Program-made: the position numbers and the translations under genes | Origin: a virus | Lineage: Duplodnaviria > Caudoviricetes | DNA: 55,200 bases | Strand: one strand, 5' to 3' | IMG/VR virus record: IMGVR_UViG_3300031355_000002 | Location: 1 to 55,200 of that record | Shown: piece after piece, positions 9,411-17,954 of the stretch | Layout of the letters: each line of letters begins with the position of its first letter | Position numbering within the stretch: position 1 is the stretch's first letter | The notes under the pieces: model-generated | The model's input: the letters and a program-made list of their open reading frames with translations, nothing else | The model's database searches: none | What the model was told of the DNA's origin: nothing

Positions 9411-9635
9411 CTACTTCCTTCTCTTGCAGGTCACAAGCCTAACCCCACGTCCCCTACTAACAGTGGCGTAGCTTCCTTTCACACACTCATCTGGTGGAAA
9501 CTGTCTGAATCGGTAGCTAGTGCCAGTCTCTCGACTCGTTCTTGGTCTCTTCCCTGTCACCCTTCGAGCTATTGATGCGGCTCTTGAGCGTGATTTAGCT
9601 ACTGACTTACTGACCACCACTGATTGGATTGCCAT
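9411..9635 (-). CDS. Small basic head-module protein (YRFRQ motif)
   Basis: 74 aa, Arg/Lys rich, ETGTSYRFRQFPP; overlaps portal end. Confidence 0.6.
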   Translation of the reverse strand: MAIQSVVVSKSVAKSRSRAASIARRVTGKRPRTSRETGTSYRFRQFPPDECVKGSYATVSRGRGVRLVTCKRRK

Positions 9636-11358
9636 TTTCGTCTAGCTCCTCTTCATCACTCCCATCATCTACTCCGTCACCATCACCAAAGAGATCACCC
9701 TCTCCACCGATGATACGTGCAGTCCTCGCACTCTCCTCAGCAACAACTCGGCTATGCTCCTCATCGCCATATCCACGCATTGCAGCCGCAGTCTCGGCGG
9801 ACAACAGCCCAGTCGTCTTGTCTTTCTGGACGATCTCAGACCGAGTCTTGTCATCATCGAAGTATGGGGCCTCATCGATCTCTTTGTGTATCTTCGCCAG
9901 GTCGTCTTGAGTAATGTCTGGCATCAGCAGAATCTCAGCAACTTGCTTGTCGATCCTGCGTTGATACTCAGGTGATCGCACAGCAGAGCGGAGGCCCTTC
10001 AGTTTGCCCGCTTCTTCGATACGATCATCAGTCGTCTTCAGCGTGTACTTCTCGGGGTATGTGACCGTGACTTCCATGTTCTCTTCCCCAGACATCATAT
10101 GGAAGAGCTCAGCCATGTCACGCTCACCCGACTCGAGCGCACGGCCGAGGTAAGCGAGGCCCGCCTCTTCACCGACGCGATCTGCCATCTTGGACGCACC
10201 CGACTGCTCAACAGCCTTGACTGATAGGCTGACGAGAGCGAGGTCGACGAGCGTCCGGATATCCTTGATGAGTGTATCTTGTTTCTCCATCGAGACCTTG
10301 AGATTGTCGACTCCCGGGTTGATGAAGTCGGGGCGGTCTGTACCCTCTCTATATGTCAGCCCCTTGCCAATTCCGATACGTCGCTGCTTGTCCCCGCTAG
10401 TGGTTCCAGGGTCTCGTTCAGTCAGCGTATCCTCGCCCGATCCTGCGCCGTCCTGCCGTGCCTTCGTCCCTCGAGCGCGAATGCCCTGGACACCCTTCGG
10501 CAACTGCTGTGTATAGATCGGGAAGTTCCCTCGCCAGAGGAAGTCCATGTCTGTGCTGGCCAGGTTCAAGAGGGCTATCTGATGCTCTGCTATCTCACCC
10601 ATCAGCGAGGCAACCAATCGGAATTCAACAATGGGGATTCTGTCGATGGGAAGCACACGGCATTCACCCATCGTCTTACCTGACTTGTCCATCGTCTTAA
10701 CGAACACGCCAGGCCCAGACATCTCACCAGCACATGGATCGTTGATCGGCCCCTCTGGCACCATCTTCATGTACCGATAAATCTGCTCAGCTTTATACGC
10801 TAGGCCCGTGTCTTCGTCGGTGAGCTCTCGAGTGAGTTCGAGAAGGACCGCTGAGAAGTTCCCGTTTTCATCATAGGCCCAACTCAGCATGTTCTCTGCG
10901 TTGAGAGCGTAGAAGTACGGGTTACCACTGTCTTCTGCTCGCGTCACACCTGACGAAGCTTCTGGTGCATCGACTACGACGAATCGCTTCCCTTGTGTGA
11001 GCAGCAGCGGGATGACATCCAGCACCATGAACGAGTTGATGGAGTTGTTGAAGCCATCCACGTTTGTATTCATGATCCTCTGGTACAAGTCAGATCCTGC
11101 GCGCTTTACATCAGGGATCCGTACAGCGAGAGCATTGCGGATGATATTGATGGCGCTCCGCGCATGGGCGGGTATGTACGTGATCTTCTTCCGAAGGATG
11201 AAGTCATCTGTATGCTCTCGCTTCGAATATCGTTCGAGATACCCATCTCGGAATGATATCCCTCCCTGATAACAGAGCCTCCACTTGATCCACTCTGCGT
11301 ACATCTCCATGTACTCAGGGTGCCGAATGCTTGTAAGCGTTAGCGCATCCTTAGCCAT
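9607..11358 (-). CDS. Portal protein
   Basis: HPEY....EW.KWR.CY.GG...YL.R...E....F..R N-terminal pattern; 583 aa; upstream of MuF, scaffold and MCP. Confidence 0.85.
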   Translation of the reverse strand: MAKDALTLTSIRHPEYMEMYAEWIKWRLCYQGGISFRDGYLERYSKREHTDDFILRKKITYIPAHARSAINIIRNALAVRIPDVKRAGSDLYQRIMNTNVDGFNNSINSFMVLDVIPLLLTQGKRFVVVDAPEASSGVTRAEDSGNPYFYALNAENMLSWAYDENGNFSAVLLELTRELTDEDTGLAYKAEQIYRYMKMVPEGPINDPCAGEMSGPGVFVKTMDKSGKTMGECRVLPIDRIPIVEFRLVASLMGEIAEHQIALLNLASTDMDFLWRGNFPIYTQQLPKGVQGIRARGTKARQDGAGSGEDTLTERDPGTTSGDKQRRIGIGKGLTYREGTDRPDFINPGVDNLKVSMEKQDTLIKDIRTLVDLALVSLSVKAVEQSGASKMADRVGEEAGLAYLGRALESGERDMAELFHMMSGEENMEVTVTYPEKYTLKTTDDRIEEAGKLKGLRSAVRSPEYQRRIDKQVAEILLMPDITQDDLAKIHKEIDEAPYFDDDKTRSEIVQKDKTTGLLSAETAAAMRGYGDEEHSRVVAEESARTARIIGGEGDLFGDGDGVDDGSDEEELDENGNPISGGQ

Positions 11359-11704
11359 TGCTGTCCCTCGCTTTCAACGTGGCTGGATCGACGAACCACA
11401 GCCCTCTTTCCCTGACGACCGAAATCTTGAAGTTGACTATGACCAAGCTGAGGCTAGCCTGCTTGACCATGTACTCGATAGTGGTGGGCGTCCTTGAGAT
11501 GACTTCGAGATGTACGTCATTTGGGAGAAGCAGATGATACTTACCTAGTGTCTGCTGTAGGCCACGTGTAATCTGCGATTCTCCCATCCTCTCGTGAGTG
11601 CGCGTGATCATGGCCATCTTTCCCCATGACTGGGTTTCCCATGCCTTCAACCACGTAGCACACACAACCTCTGGAAGTACATCTACGCCGATCTGCTCAC
11701 CCAT
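11351..11704 (-). CDS. Hypothetical protein
   Basis: In-operon ORF overlapping portal start. Confidence 0.6.
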   Translation of the reverse strand: MGEQIGVDVLPEVVCATWLKAWETQSWGKMAMITRTHERMGESQITRGLQQTLGKYHLLLPNDVHLEVISRTPTTIEYMVKQASLSLVIVNFKISVVRERGLWFVDPATLKARDSNG

Positions 11705-11715
11705 CGTCGATCCCC

Positions 11716-12477
11716 TTATCCGAGTACAGCTTTCACTTGACCGAGAAACTCAACGTTTGCTGCTCGACACTCCTCCAATGCTTCTGGATATGTCGTTGCT
11801 TGCTTCACACCGATTCGCCACCCACGTCGTGTGCTCAATGCGGGAGGGTGACGAAATCCATGGAATCTTGTGCTAGAAGGAACAGCAACGACTCGCCTCC
11901 CCAGCAGCGTTGCCCAGTAGGCGCCATGGTATGTTGTGGTGATGACCGTCCGTGCGCTGGCCAAGAAGTCAATCACCTGCTTAAAGTACTTCCCGACTGA
12001 CACATCCCGTGGACGTCGGTTCGTCATCTGTGGGAAGTCGTTAATGTTCAGTGAGCCCAACTGGTAATGCTCGTAACAGACAGCGTCTCTGATTGGCTCG
12101 GGGATATCATCAAACAGCGAGTCCATGCAGCTGGCGCAGGGAACCCACTTCAGTCGATGACCTGTGAAGTCACGCACACCCGCCAACGTAAAGCGCATCA
12201 TCCACGACGGCCACGAGATCTTCTGTTCGTTCATGTTGTGGCCGACACCCCAGGCAATCTTATGATCCGACTTGCCCATAGCGAGAAAGCGGAGATGCAT
12301 GAAGAGAGTCTCATGATACAGACCGCCACCTCCGACGATGAACTTCCCCTCCCTGTCTTGGCGGTCGAGGCTGCGTATATCCTTGGGCGTTGCTCCAAGC
12401 TCCGGGAAGTAGCGGCTCGGATGACACACTAAGTCACCGATGTTCTCAGTGTTGCGGACGTGGATGTTCAAGACCAT
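11716..12477 (-). CDS. Polysaccharide pyruvyl-transferase-like (GT-B fold) protein
   Basis: NIGD, IVGGGGL, IAWGVG, GVRD, VPCASC and VITTTYHGAYWATLLGRRVV motifs. Confidence 0.7.
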   Translation of the reverse strand: MVLNIHVRNTENIGDLVCHPSRYFPELGATPKDIRSLDRQDREGKFIVGGGGLYHETLFMHLRFLAMGKSDHKIAWGVGHNMNEQKISWPSWMMRFTLAGVRDFTGHRLKWVPCASCMDSLFDDIPEPIRDAVCYEHYQLGSLNINDFPQMTNRRPRDVSVGKYFKQVIDFLASARTVITTTYHGAYWATLLGRRVVAVPSSTRFHGFRHPPALSTRRGWRIGVKQATTYPEALEECRAANVEFLGQVKAVLG

Positions 12478-12479
12478 GG

Positions 12480-12890
12480 CTACCCCACCACTTCCTGGAA
12501 GTCACCACGCTGCAAGAATAGCCATTTCCCAACGTTGTAGAGTGTGTCCACGACCGGCGAGATGGCGAGCATGACCGTAGTGAAGATCCACCAATGCTCA
12601 TTCTGGAACGGCACGTTGTTCCGCAGGTAAATCCACACGCCACCGCAGATGAGGTTGACGTAGTACGGAGCAAGATACACATGGGCGCTCGGCTTCCATC
12701 CATCGAACGTCAGCCAGCGTGTGTATCCCCAATACCAGCGAGCGTTGCGCTTGTGTGGGAACACGTTGAACTCGATGACTGTTCCACCTGTCGCGGTTAC
12801 TACGATAGCATGAGCCAACTCATGCCGTATTGTGCTGAGGATCTGGTAGAGCGGATAAGCAAGGATGTGCCACAGATAGATCGACATCAC
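12480..12890 (-). CDS. M50-like membrane metallopeptidase
   Basis: HELAH within hydrophobic helix, GGTV..F, LAPY, several TM segments. Confidence 0.7.
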   Translation of the reverse strand: MMSIYLWHILAYPLYQILSTIRHELAHAIVVTATGGTVIEFNVFPHKRNARWYWGYTRWLTFDGWKPSAHVYLAPYYVNLICGGVWIYLRNNVPFQNEHWWIFTTVMLAISPVVDTLYNVGKWLFLQRGDFQEVVG

Positions 12891-13444
12891 TTGCCTCCCT
12901 TCTTGGCCTTTTCGCTGAATGTGAAGTCTTCATTGCGCAACGATGGCAGCTCACCGTGCAGCGTTCGTATCTTAATGAGCGTGTCCTTGGTTAGCTTCAC
13001 CGTGCGCCTCGCTTCAGCATCAGCTTCTCTGAGCCTCGCCTCTGCCGTCTTGAATGCAGCGTCCGCCATGTTGATCCTCCGACGCACATTGTCAACGTGC
13101 ACTCGCGAGCGTTCGAGCAGCTTGCCTGACGAATCGAACATCTCGTGAGAACCGCGGACGAGCTCATTACAGATGCCGATCAGTTCGTCCATCGATTCAG
13201 CGAGCTTCTTGAAGTCATCCCCGACTGGGCCCTTCTCAATGAGCTTCTCTGCCCTCTTGACTTCGGCCTGGATGACCGCCTTCTCCTGCAATGCGACTTC
13301 CGACTGTCGGGCCTTTCGTATGGTCGGGTTACCGTAGCACGTCCAGCAGATATCCAACCGTACAAGCGTCAGGTTGGTTCCAACTGGACCTTTGCCACAA
13401 ACCTTGCAGGTCTTCCGACCGTCTGCTCTACTCTTTTTTGCCAT
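12887..13444 (-). CDS. Hypothetical protein: CxxC...CxxC Zn finger plus coiled coil
   Basis: CKVC/CWTC; start adjusted to MAKKS. Confidence 0.6.
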   Translation of the reverse strand: MAKKSRADGRKTCKVCGKGPVGTNLTLVRLDICWTCYGNPTIRKARQSEVALQEKAVIQAEVKRAEKLIEKGPVGDDFKKLAESMDELIGICNELVRGSHEMFDSSGKLLERSRVHVDNVRRRINMADAAFKTAEARLREADAEARRTVKLTKDTLIKIRTLHGELPSLRNEDFTFSEKAKKGGK

Positions 13445-13691
13445 CTTCGACCGCCTTCTCAAACGGGCTGCTTACAGACAGGAGGACTGGTGGCTGGGTT
13501 TCGCCCGACAACACCCACAGCCATACCTTCCCCGTCTTGAGAAGCTCGGCCTTCTCCTCCTCGCTCAGTTCCCACTGCGAGATGCAGTATCTCCCATCAC
13601 GAAAGACTGGGAGTGAAAGACACTCCTCATCAGTCATCGATTCGGGTTTGTGCAGTACGCCGTTCGCCTCCTCGAATTCCACCGGTTTCAT
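13428..13691 (-). CDS. Conserved phage hypothetical protein
   Basis: MKPVEF...C.SLPV...ISQWELS.EE....GKVWL....QPPV pattern. Confidence 0.7.
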   Translation of the reverse strand: MKPVEFEEANGVLHKPESMTDEECLSLPVFRDGRYCISQWELSEEEKAELLKTGKVWLWVLSGETQPPVLLSVSSPFEKAVEDGKKE

Positions 13692-13718
13692 GGGATCCCC
13701 TTTTCCGACGGTACAGAG

Positions 13719-14006
13719 TTACTCCTTGCATCCGACGATCAACGCGCAATGCGCTGCGTTCTCACACTTGCTATGGCAGCGTGGACCGTAATTCTTATTG
13801 AGGTCTCCACCACAATCGCAGAACGTGGCGTTGGAAAGTATCACAGTACGGAGAGCAGTCGCTAACGCCTTGCGCCTCTCGTCTCGACGATCCAACTCGG
13901 TGATGATGTCGATCCGAACCCGGACGCGGTGTTCCTCTGGGTTTACTGCATACGTTTTACAGAGTTCGGACGATGACTTTGACAGTAGATCGCTAGAACC
14001 GCTCAT
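13719..14006 (-). CDS. Hypothetical Cys-rich protein
   Basis: AAGGA RBS; in-operon. Confidence 0.55.
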   Translation of the reverse strand: MSGSSDLLSKSSSELCKTYAVNPEEHRVRVRIDIITELDRRDERRKALATALRTVILSNATFCDCGGDLNKNYGPRCHSKCENAAHCALIVGCKE

Positions 14007-14020
14007 TGGTGTCCTTCTTT

Positions 14021-14087
14021 CGGGCAGACAGGTGGTGCCGGGAATGATGCATCACCACTACGTGTCACACCACCTACCCATCACCCG
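14021..14087 (-). promoter_or_regulatory. Intergenic long hairpin
   Basis: aggtggtg 14030-14037 / caccacct 14068-14075; extends with G:U pairs on the minus-strand RNA. Confidence 0.4.
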
Positions 14088-14090
14088 CAC

Positions 14091-14513
14091 TCACTCCCGA
14101 TCCTTCAAGTCGTACTTCTCGGCGCCATTGATAGCACCCCGTAGATATGCGATTATGCGTTTGACGTTGTCCTTCCCGATCCCGGCGGACACGTTGATCT
14201 GCTGCGACTCAACATAGCCTAACGCTGCATCGACCACGAGATAGAATTCCTGAGGCACCTTGGACTTCAGCAGCTTTTCGAGTTCAGCTATGGGTAGCGC
14301 AGCGACCTGCCCTGTCTGTAGGAAGTCGATGAGCTCCGAGGCATACTTCTTGATGTCTGCCTTCTGCTTCTCGACGAACTCAGCCTTCTCGTACTCGAGC
14401 GAGATGGTCGTCGACCAGTCACCACCTGCTCTTAACGAAGAACGCTGGAAGTTGAGACCGAGGGGCATTCCACATCCACTGCATACGAGCAACACGACCA
14501 GTGCGTACTTCAC
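14091..14513 (-). CDS. Putative lipoprotein
   Basis: MKYALVVLLVCSGC signal with lipobox-like Cys; AAGGTGGTG RBS. Confidence 0.65.
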   Translation of the reverse strand: MKYALVVLLVCSGCGMPLGLNFQRSSLRAGGDWSTTISLEYEKAEFVEKQKADIKKYASELIDFLQTGQVAALPIAELEKLLKSKVPQEFYLVVDAALGYVESQQINVSAGIGKDNVKRIIAYLRGAINGAEKYDLKDRE

Positions 14514-14585
14514 ACGACACCACCTTTCCTAGATATGCTTAACGTGAGGCTGGATCATATGGGACGGTCACCACTGAGTCAGCCT

Positions 14586-14957
14586 CTATTCCAACGCTTT
14601 GTAGCAGGTCTGTACGGTATGCTGGTCACCCTCATCTAGCGTACCACTGAGCCTCTCCTGTATGATGCCCAAGGCAATCTGTAGTGAGCTGGTAAGAGCT
14701 TTGATCTTTTGGCTGTCAACGTCACCCACTTCTTTCACCAACTCCAAGGCGGACCTGGCAATCCTTCGGTCATCGTCGTTCATCGCACGATGCCGGAGCT
14801 GCCTAGCAGTCGTATGCAACGACCGTTTGAGCTGACCCACTGTGGCGCGCAGCTTATCGAGCTCCACGTCTACTTCGTCGATGTAGTAGTAGTTCGCGCC
14901 TTCCTCTTGCTCGAACATTACATGTGAATCATCACACGCTATTTTAGTCAGAGGCAT
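14586..14957 (-). CDS. Hypothetical helical protein
   Basis: AAGGAG RBS; in-operon. Confidence 0.6.
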   Translation of the reverse strand: MPLTKIACDDSHVMFEQEEGANYYYIDEVDVELDKLRATVGQLKRSLHTTARQLRHRAMNDDDRRIARSALELVKEVGDVDSQKIKALTSSLQIALGIIQERLSGTLDEGDQHTVQTCYKALE

Positions 14958-15168
14958 TGGTCTTCTCCTTATCGTTTCTGTAAGCTAGGAGTAGAGACCC
15001 CAGCCATTCCTGCTCAGTCTCTGAGATTCCCGCACCATGATCCACCGACCCACACTCTGAGCAACCCCACTCAGTGCCGATTTGAAAGCCATTCACATCG
15101 CGGACTGTCTTGTTCATGAACAGACGACGTGCCTGGCATGAGTGGCAGTATGATTCAATGGTCTTCAT
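14944..15168 (-). CDS. Zn-ribbon protein
   Basis: CHSC...CSEC. Confidence 0.6.
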   Translation of the reverse strand: MKTIESYCHSCQARRLFMNKTVRDVNGFQIGTEWGCSECGSVDHGAGISETEQEWLGSLLLAYRNDKEKTNASD

Positions 15169-15170
15169 GG

Positions 15171-15479
15171 TTATCCTTCTGGTCGCTCGATTGTCATACC
15201 CACATGAATCTTGATACCGCGTCCCATGGACCAGCCGCTCATCGTCAGCTGAAGTTCATTACGGAGACGGCGCAGTACCTCTTCTATGGCACCGTCGTCT
15301 CCCCTCATCTTCCGGCAGTCATCAGTGACCCAAGCATGGAGAGCCGGAATTCCTTCGAGTTGTAGCGACACTATTGTCCTCCCGGCCACTTGAATGCTTC
15401 GGCCTTCCCCCACAACACCGCCCAGGCATCTTTGATACGACACCATAACGAACCGAGGAGTGGACGAGCAGGTATCCAC
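15171..15479 (-). CDS. Hypothetical protein
   Basis: GTG start with AAGGA RBS. Confidence 0.5.
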   Translation of the reverse strand: MDTCSSTPRFVMVSYQRCLGGVVGEGRSIQVAGRTIVSLQLEGIPALHAWVTDDCRKMRGDDGAIEEVLRRLRNELQLTMSGWSMGRGIKIHVGMTIERPEG

Positions 15480-15591
15480 CTGCCATCCTTCTCAGTCTGT
15501 GTAGTTTGTGCGTGGTCGATCAACGTATAGAGTTGCCACATCACTCACCATCCTATTCATGACACTCGACAGTGCATCTTTACGGGCATGT

Positions 15592-15774
15592 TCACTTACC
15601 CTCTGTGTCATTCAACCGATCTGATTCCTCCATTAATTCGTCCTCAATTTCGCGCCGTAATACAGCTAACACACCGAGAACTTCCACATAAGTGATGTCA
15701 TACTCCTTGCGAAAGTAATCAAGGACATGATGAAATCTGTCAAGAAGCTGATCTTGAGCTTTTGCTCCCATCAC
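15592..15774 (-). CDS. Hypothetical protein
   Basis: Coupled to upstream gene; YFRKEYDITYVEVLGVL. Confidence 0.55.
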   Translation of the reverse strand: MMGAKAQDQLLDRFHHVLDYFRKEYDITYVEVLGVLAVLRREIEDELMEESDRLNDTEGK

Positions 15775-16481
15775 TTACCGTCCTTCGTATCATCGGGGAA
15801 TGGAGCATCCTTTGATCTCCATAGATCGACACCATTGTGACAGATACCATTCTTGTCGTCTCGACCGAAACGGAATTCACAGTGGTCATGGTGCTGGCAA
15901 TTGTCGCAGACACGGGCCTCTTCGTCTTCGTCTTCTTCGTCTTCTGCGTATTCAGCATCCTTCTGATGCACTTCCTCAGCCCCTTGCATGATGGCGGCGA
16001 GAGCATCTTCTGGATGCTTATCCTTGAAGTCAGGCGTCGTGCTCAGCATCCCAGCGGCAATGTGAATCGCCGTCTTCTGGAACTTGATGATAGAGATGGC
16101 AATATCGACTGTACGGCCACCCTCTTCGAGCCTATCGCCGTACTCTTCGATGACGAATGCTGTGAGCTTGTCGATCTCTTGTGAGACCTTCTGAAGCTCA
16201 TCACTGACCTTGCCAACCTCGGAGAGCGCGACGACCGCTTCCTGTGCCTTCCGAAGAGGCTCTGGTACTTCCTTCCAAAGCTTTGCTATTGCCCTCGCTG
16301 ATTTGGGGTCCTTGGCGACCAGGGTCTCGAGGCGCGTCAATGCTTCATTCTCTGTCTGTCCTACTGAGTGGAAGCCAGCACACTCGAGGTCCCACCCCTT
16401 GCCGTTCGGCCACTGTGTGAGCTTTGCGGGTTTGCCTGCCAGTGATCGTTGCAGATTCAACAGCCGTTCTGAGACTTCCAT
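15771..16481 (-). CDS. Hypothetical mosaic protein (acidic tract, Cys-rich C-terminus)
   Basis: GGGGAG RBS; 236 aa. Confidence 0.65.
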   Translation of the reverse strand: MEVSERLLNLQRSLAGKPAKLTQWPNGKGWDLECAGFHSVGQTENEALTRLETLVAKDPKSARAIAKLWKEVPEPLRKAQEAVVALSEVGKVSDELQKVSQEIDKLTAFVIEEYGDRLEEGGRTVDIAISIIKFQKTAIHIAAGMLSTTPDFKDKHPEDALAAIMQGAEEVHQKDAEYAEDEEDEDEEARVCDNCQHHDHCEFRFGRDDKNGICHNGVDLWRSKDAPFPDDTKDGK

Positions 16482-16482
16482 G

Positions 16483-16746
16483 CTACACTCCCCTTATCGC
16501 ATGATTGATAGAAACTTCATCGTGTTTGACTACCACGACGAATGGGCCATCTGACCCAATAAACACGATGTACTTATCCTGCCCTGCTCGTCCGCTCTGC
16601 AGCTGCTCAGCCAAAGCATTGACCGCGCCTTGTGATTCCCTGTACCTCTTCTCCGCGTTGTCTCTACGCTCGAGCATCACGGTCATCTCGTTATGTGCCG
16701 CGATATATTGCTTCGCTAGCGTGTGGAGTTGTTCATCAGTCATCAT
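16483..16746 (-). CDS. Small helix + 3-strand protein (paralog set B)
   Basis: GGAG RBS; architecture shared with 17185 and 17454 genes. Confidence 0.6.
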   Translation of the reverse strand: MMTDEQLHTLAKQYIAAHNEMTVMLERRDNAEKRYRESQGAVNALAEQLQSGRAGQDKYIVFIGSDGPFVVVVKHDEVSINHAIRGV

Positions 16747-17201
16747 ACTCCACCTCCATCGGTGAGCTTCTTTGCCTTGAACTCTTCGAAGACCATCGGC
16801 TCTTCCTTGTCGATGATAACACCGTCAGTGTCACGCGCCAGATCGTACAGATAACTGCAGTACTGACGATACTCCGAGACCATGCGACGAAGATTCCCTA
16901 TGGCCTCGGGTACCGCGTCCTTGACGAACGTAGCAGGCGTGATGATGTCGAGATGAGCGATTAGGAACTTCCGAATCTCATCGATGTGCTCAGCAGCTGT
17001 GCGCATCTTTTCGTAATCCTCCGGACCTTTAAACGTCATATCCTCAAGGATCTCAGAAGATACACCGAGCTGTTGCTGCAACTCGAGTATCCAGCGTCGT
17101 GCCTCATGCTCGCGCTCAGTCTTGTACTCTGATGGATCGAGCAGTTGCTTACGGAGCGTTTCCTTAGGTGTTGCTTGTCCTTGCTTAGGATCCATTGTCA
17201 T
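16743..17201 (-). CDS. Hypothetical protein
   Basis: Start adjusted to MTMDPK after GGGAGGGG. Confidence 0.55.
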   Translation of the reverse strand: MTMDPKQGQATPKETLRKQLLDPSEYKTEREHEARRWILELQQQLGVSSEILEDMTFKGPEDYEKMRTAAEHIDEIRKFLIAHLDIITPATFVKDAVPEAIGNLRRMVSEYRQYCSYLYDLARDTDGVIIDKEEPMVFEEFKAKKLTDGGGV

Positions 17202-17457
17202 CCCCTCCCACCACGAACCCATCCACAACGCTGATGTTCCCAGCAGTTCCGATGAGCAGCACAGTGTCCTGGACAATGACTGCACGTGGTTCGGTCGCCA
17301 TCTTCAACTCGGCGAGGACATGAGCATGCTGGTCACGTTTCTTCTTGATCTTGCTGATTGCATCCTTGATTCTCGATTCTTGAGTCTTGAGGTCTTCGAG
17401 GTCACCCGTGTATCGTATATAGTTCCGAGCAGCTATCTCGTGTCTACCCTCCATCAC
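17185..17457 (-). CDS. Small helix + 3-strand protein (paralog set B)
   Basis: GAGGAG RBS; overlap with upstream stop. Confidence 0.6.
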   Translation of the reverse strand: MMEGRHEIAARNYIRYTGDLEDLKTQESRIKDAISKIKKKRDQHAHVLAELKMATEPRAVIVQDTVLLIGTAGNISVVDGFVVGGDDNGS

Positions 17458-17732
17458 TTGGTCTCCTCTTCTGCCAGGTAAACAGTGACGCCTGTCTCGT
17501 GAACCACATGAACGACTACAGCATTGTCAACGATCCAGGTTCGAGTGCGAATGTTGTTGCCAACCTTGTTGAGCAGCTTCTTCGCGATCTCCTCCTTCTT
17601 CTTCTTGAACTCATCAAGCTCACGCTCCAACGAGCTGATGTCCTGCTCGATCTTCGTTGCTTGATTCCTCACGACCACCAACTCTTCGGCCAGTGTCTGA
17701 CCTTCGCCCTTCTTCTTGTCCATCGTACTCAT
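17454..17732 (-). CDS. Small coiled-coil + 3-strand protein (paralog set B)
   Basis: AAAGGA RBS. Confidence 0.6.
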   Translation of the reverse strand: MSTMDKKKGEGQTLAEELVVVRNQATKIEQDISSLERELDEFKKKKEEIAKKLLNKVGNNIRTRTWIVDNAVVVHVVHETGVTVYLAEEETK

Positions 17733-17811
17733 CCTTTCACTGATCCCCGTACTACAGATACTCGTACCGCGGGATAACCGTCGCTTATGACGATCATCCC
17801 GTAGACAAGTA

Positions 17812-17940
17812 TTACTTCTTCTTTACCGGGCAAGACTGACCCGCCTGTTGGCGTCGGCCTTTCCCGCTACCGGTGCGTGATTGGAAACTACCTTTGAACG
17901 GCCCTGTTCCATCACGCTTGCCACGTTGCTTTGCGCCCAT
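17812..17940 (-). CDS. 42-aa basic peptide with RDGTGP motif (DUF5320-like); absent from ORF track
   Basis: MGAKQRGKRDGTGPFKGSFQSRTGSGKGRRQQAGQSCPVKKK; perfect AAGGAGGTGA RBS. Confidence 0.65.
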   Translation of the reverse strand: MGAKQRGKRDGTGPFKGSFQSRTGSGKGRRQQAGQSCPVKKK

Positions 17941-17954
17941 GATTCACCTCCTTC

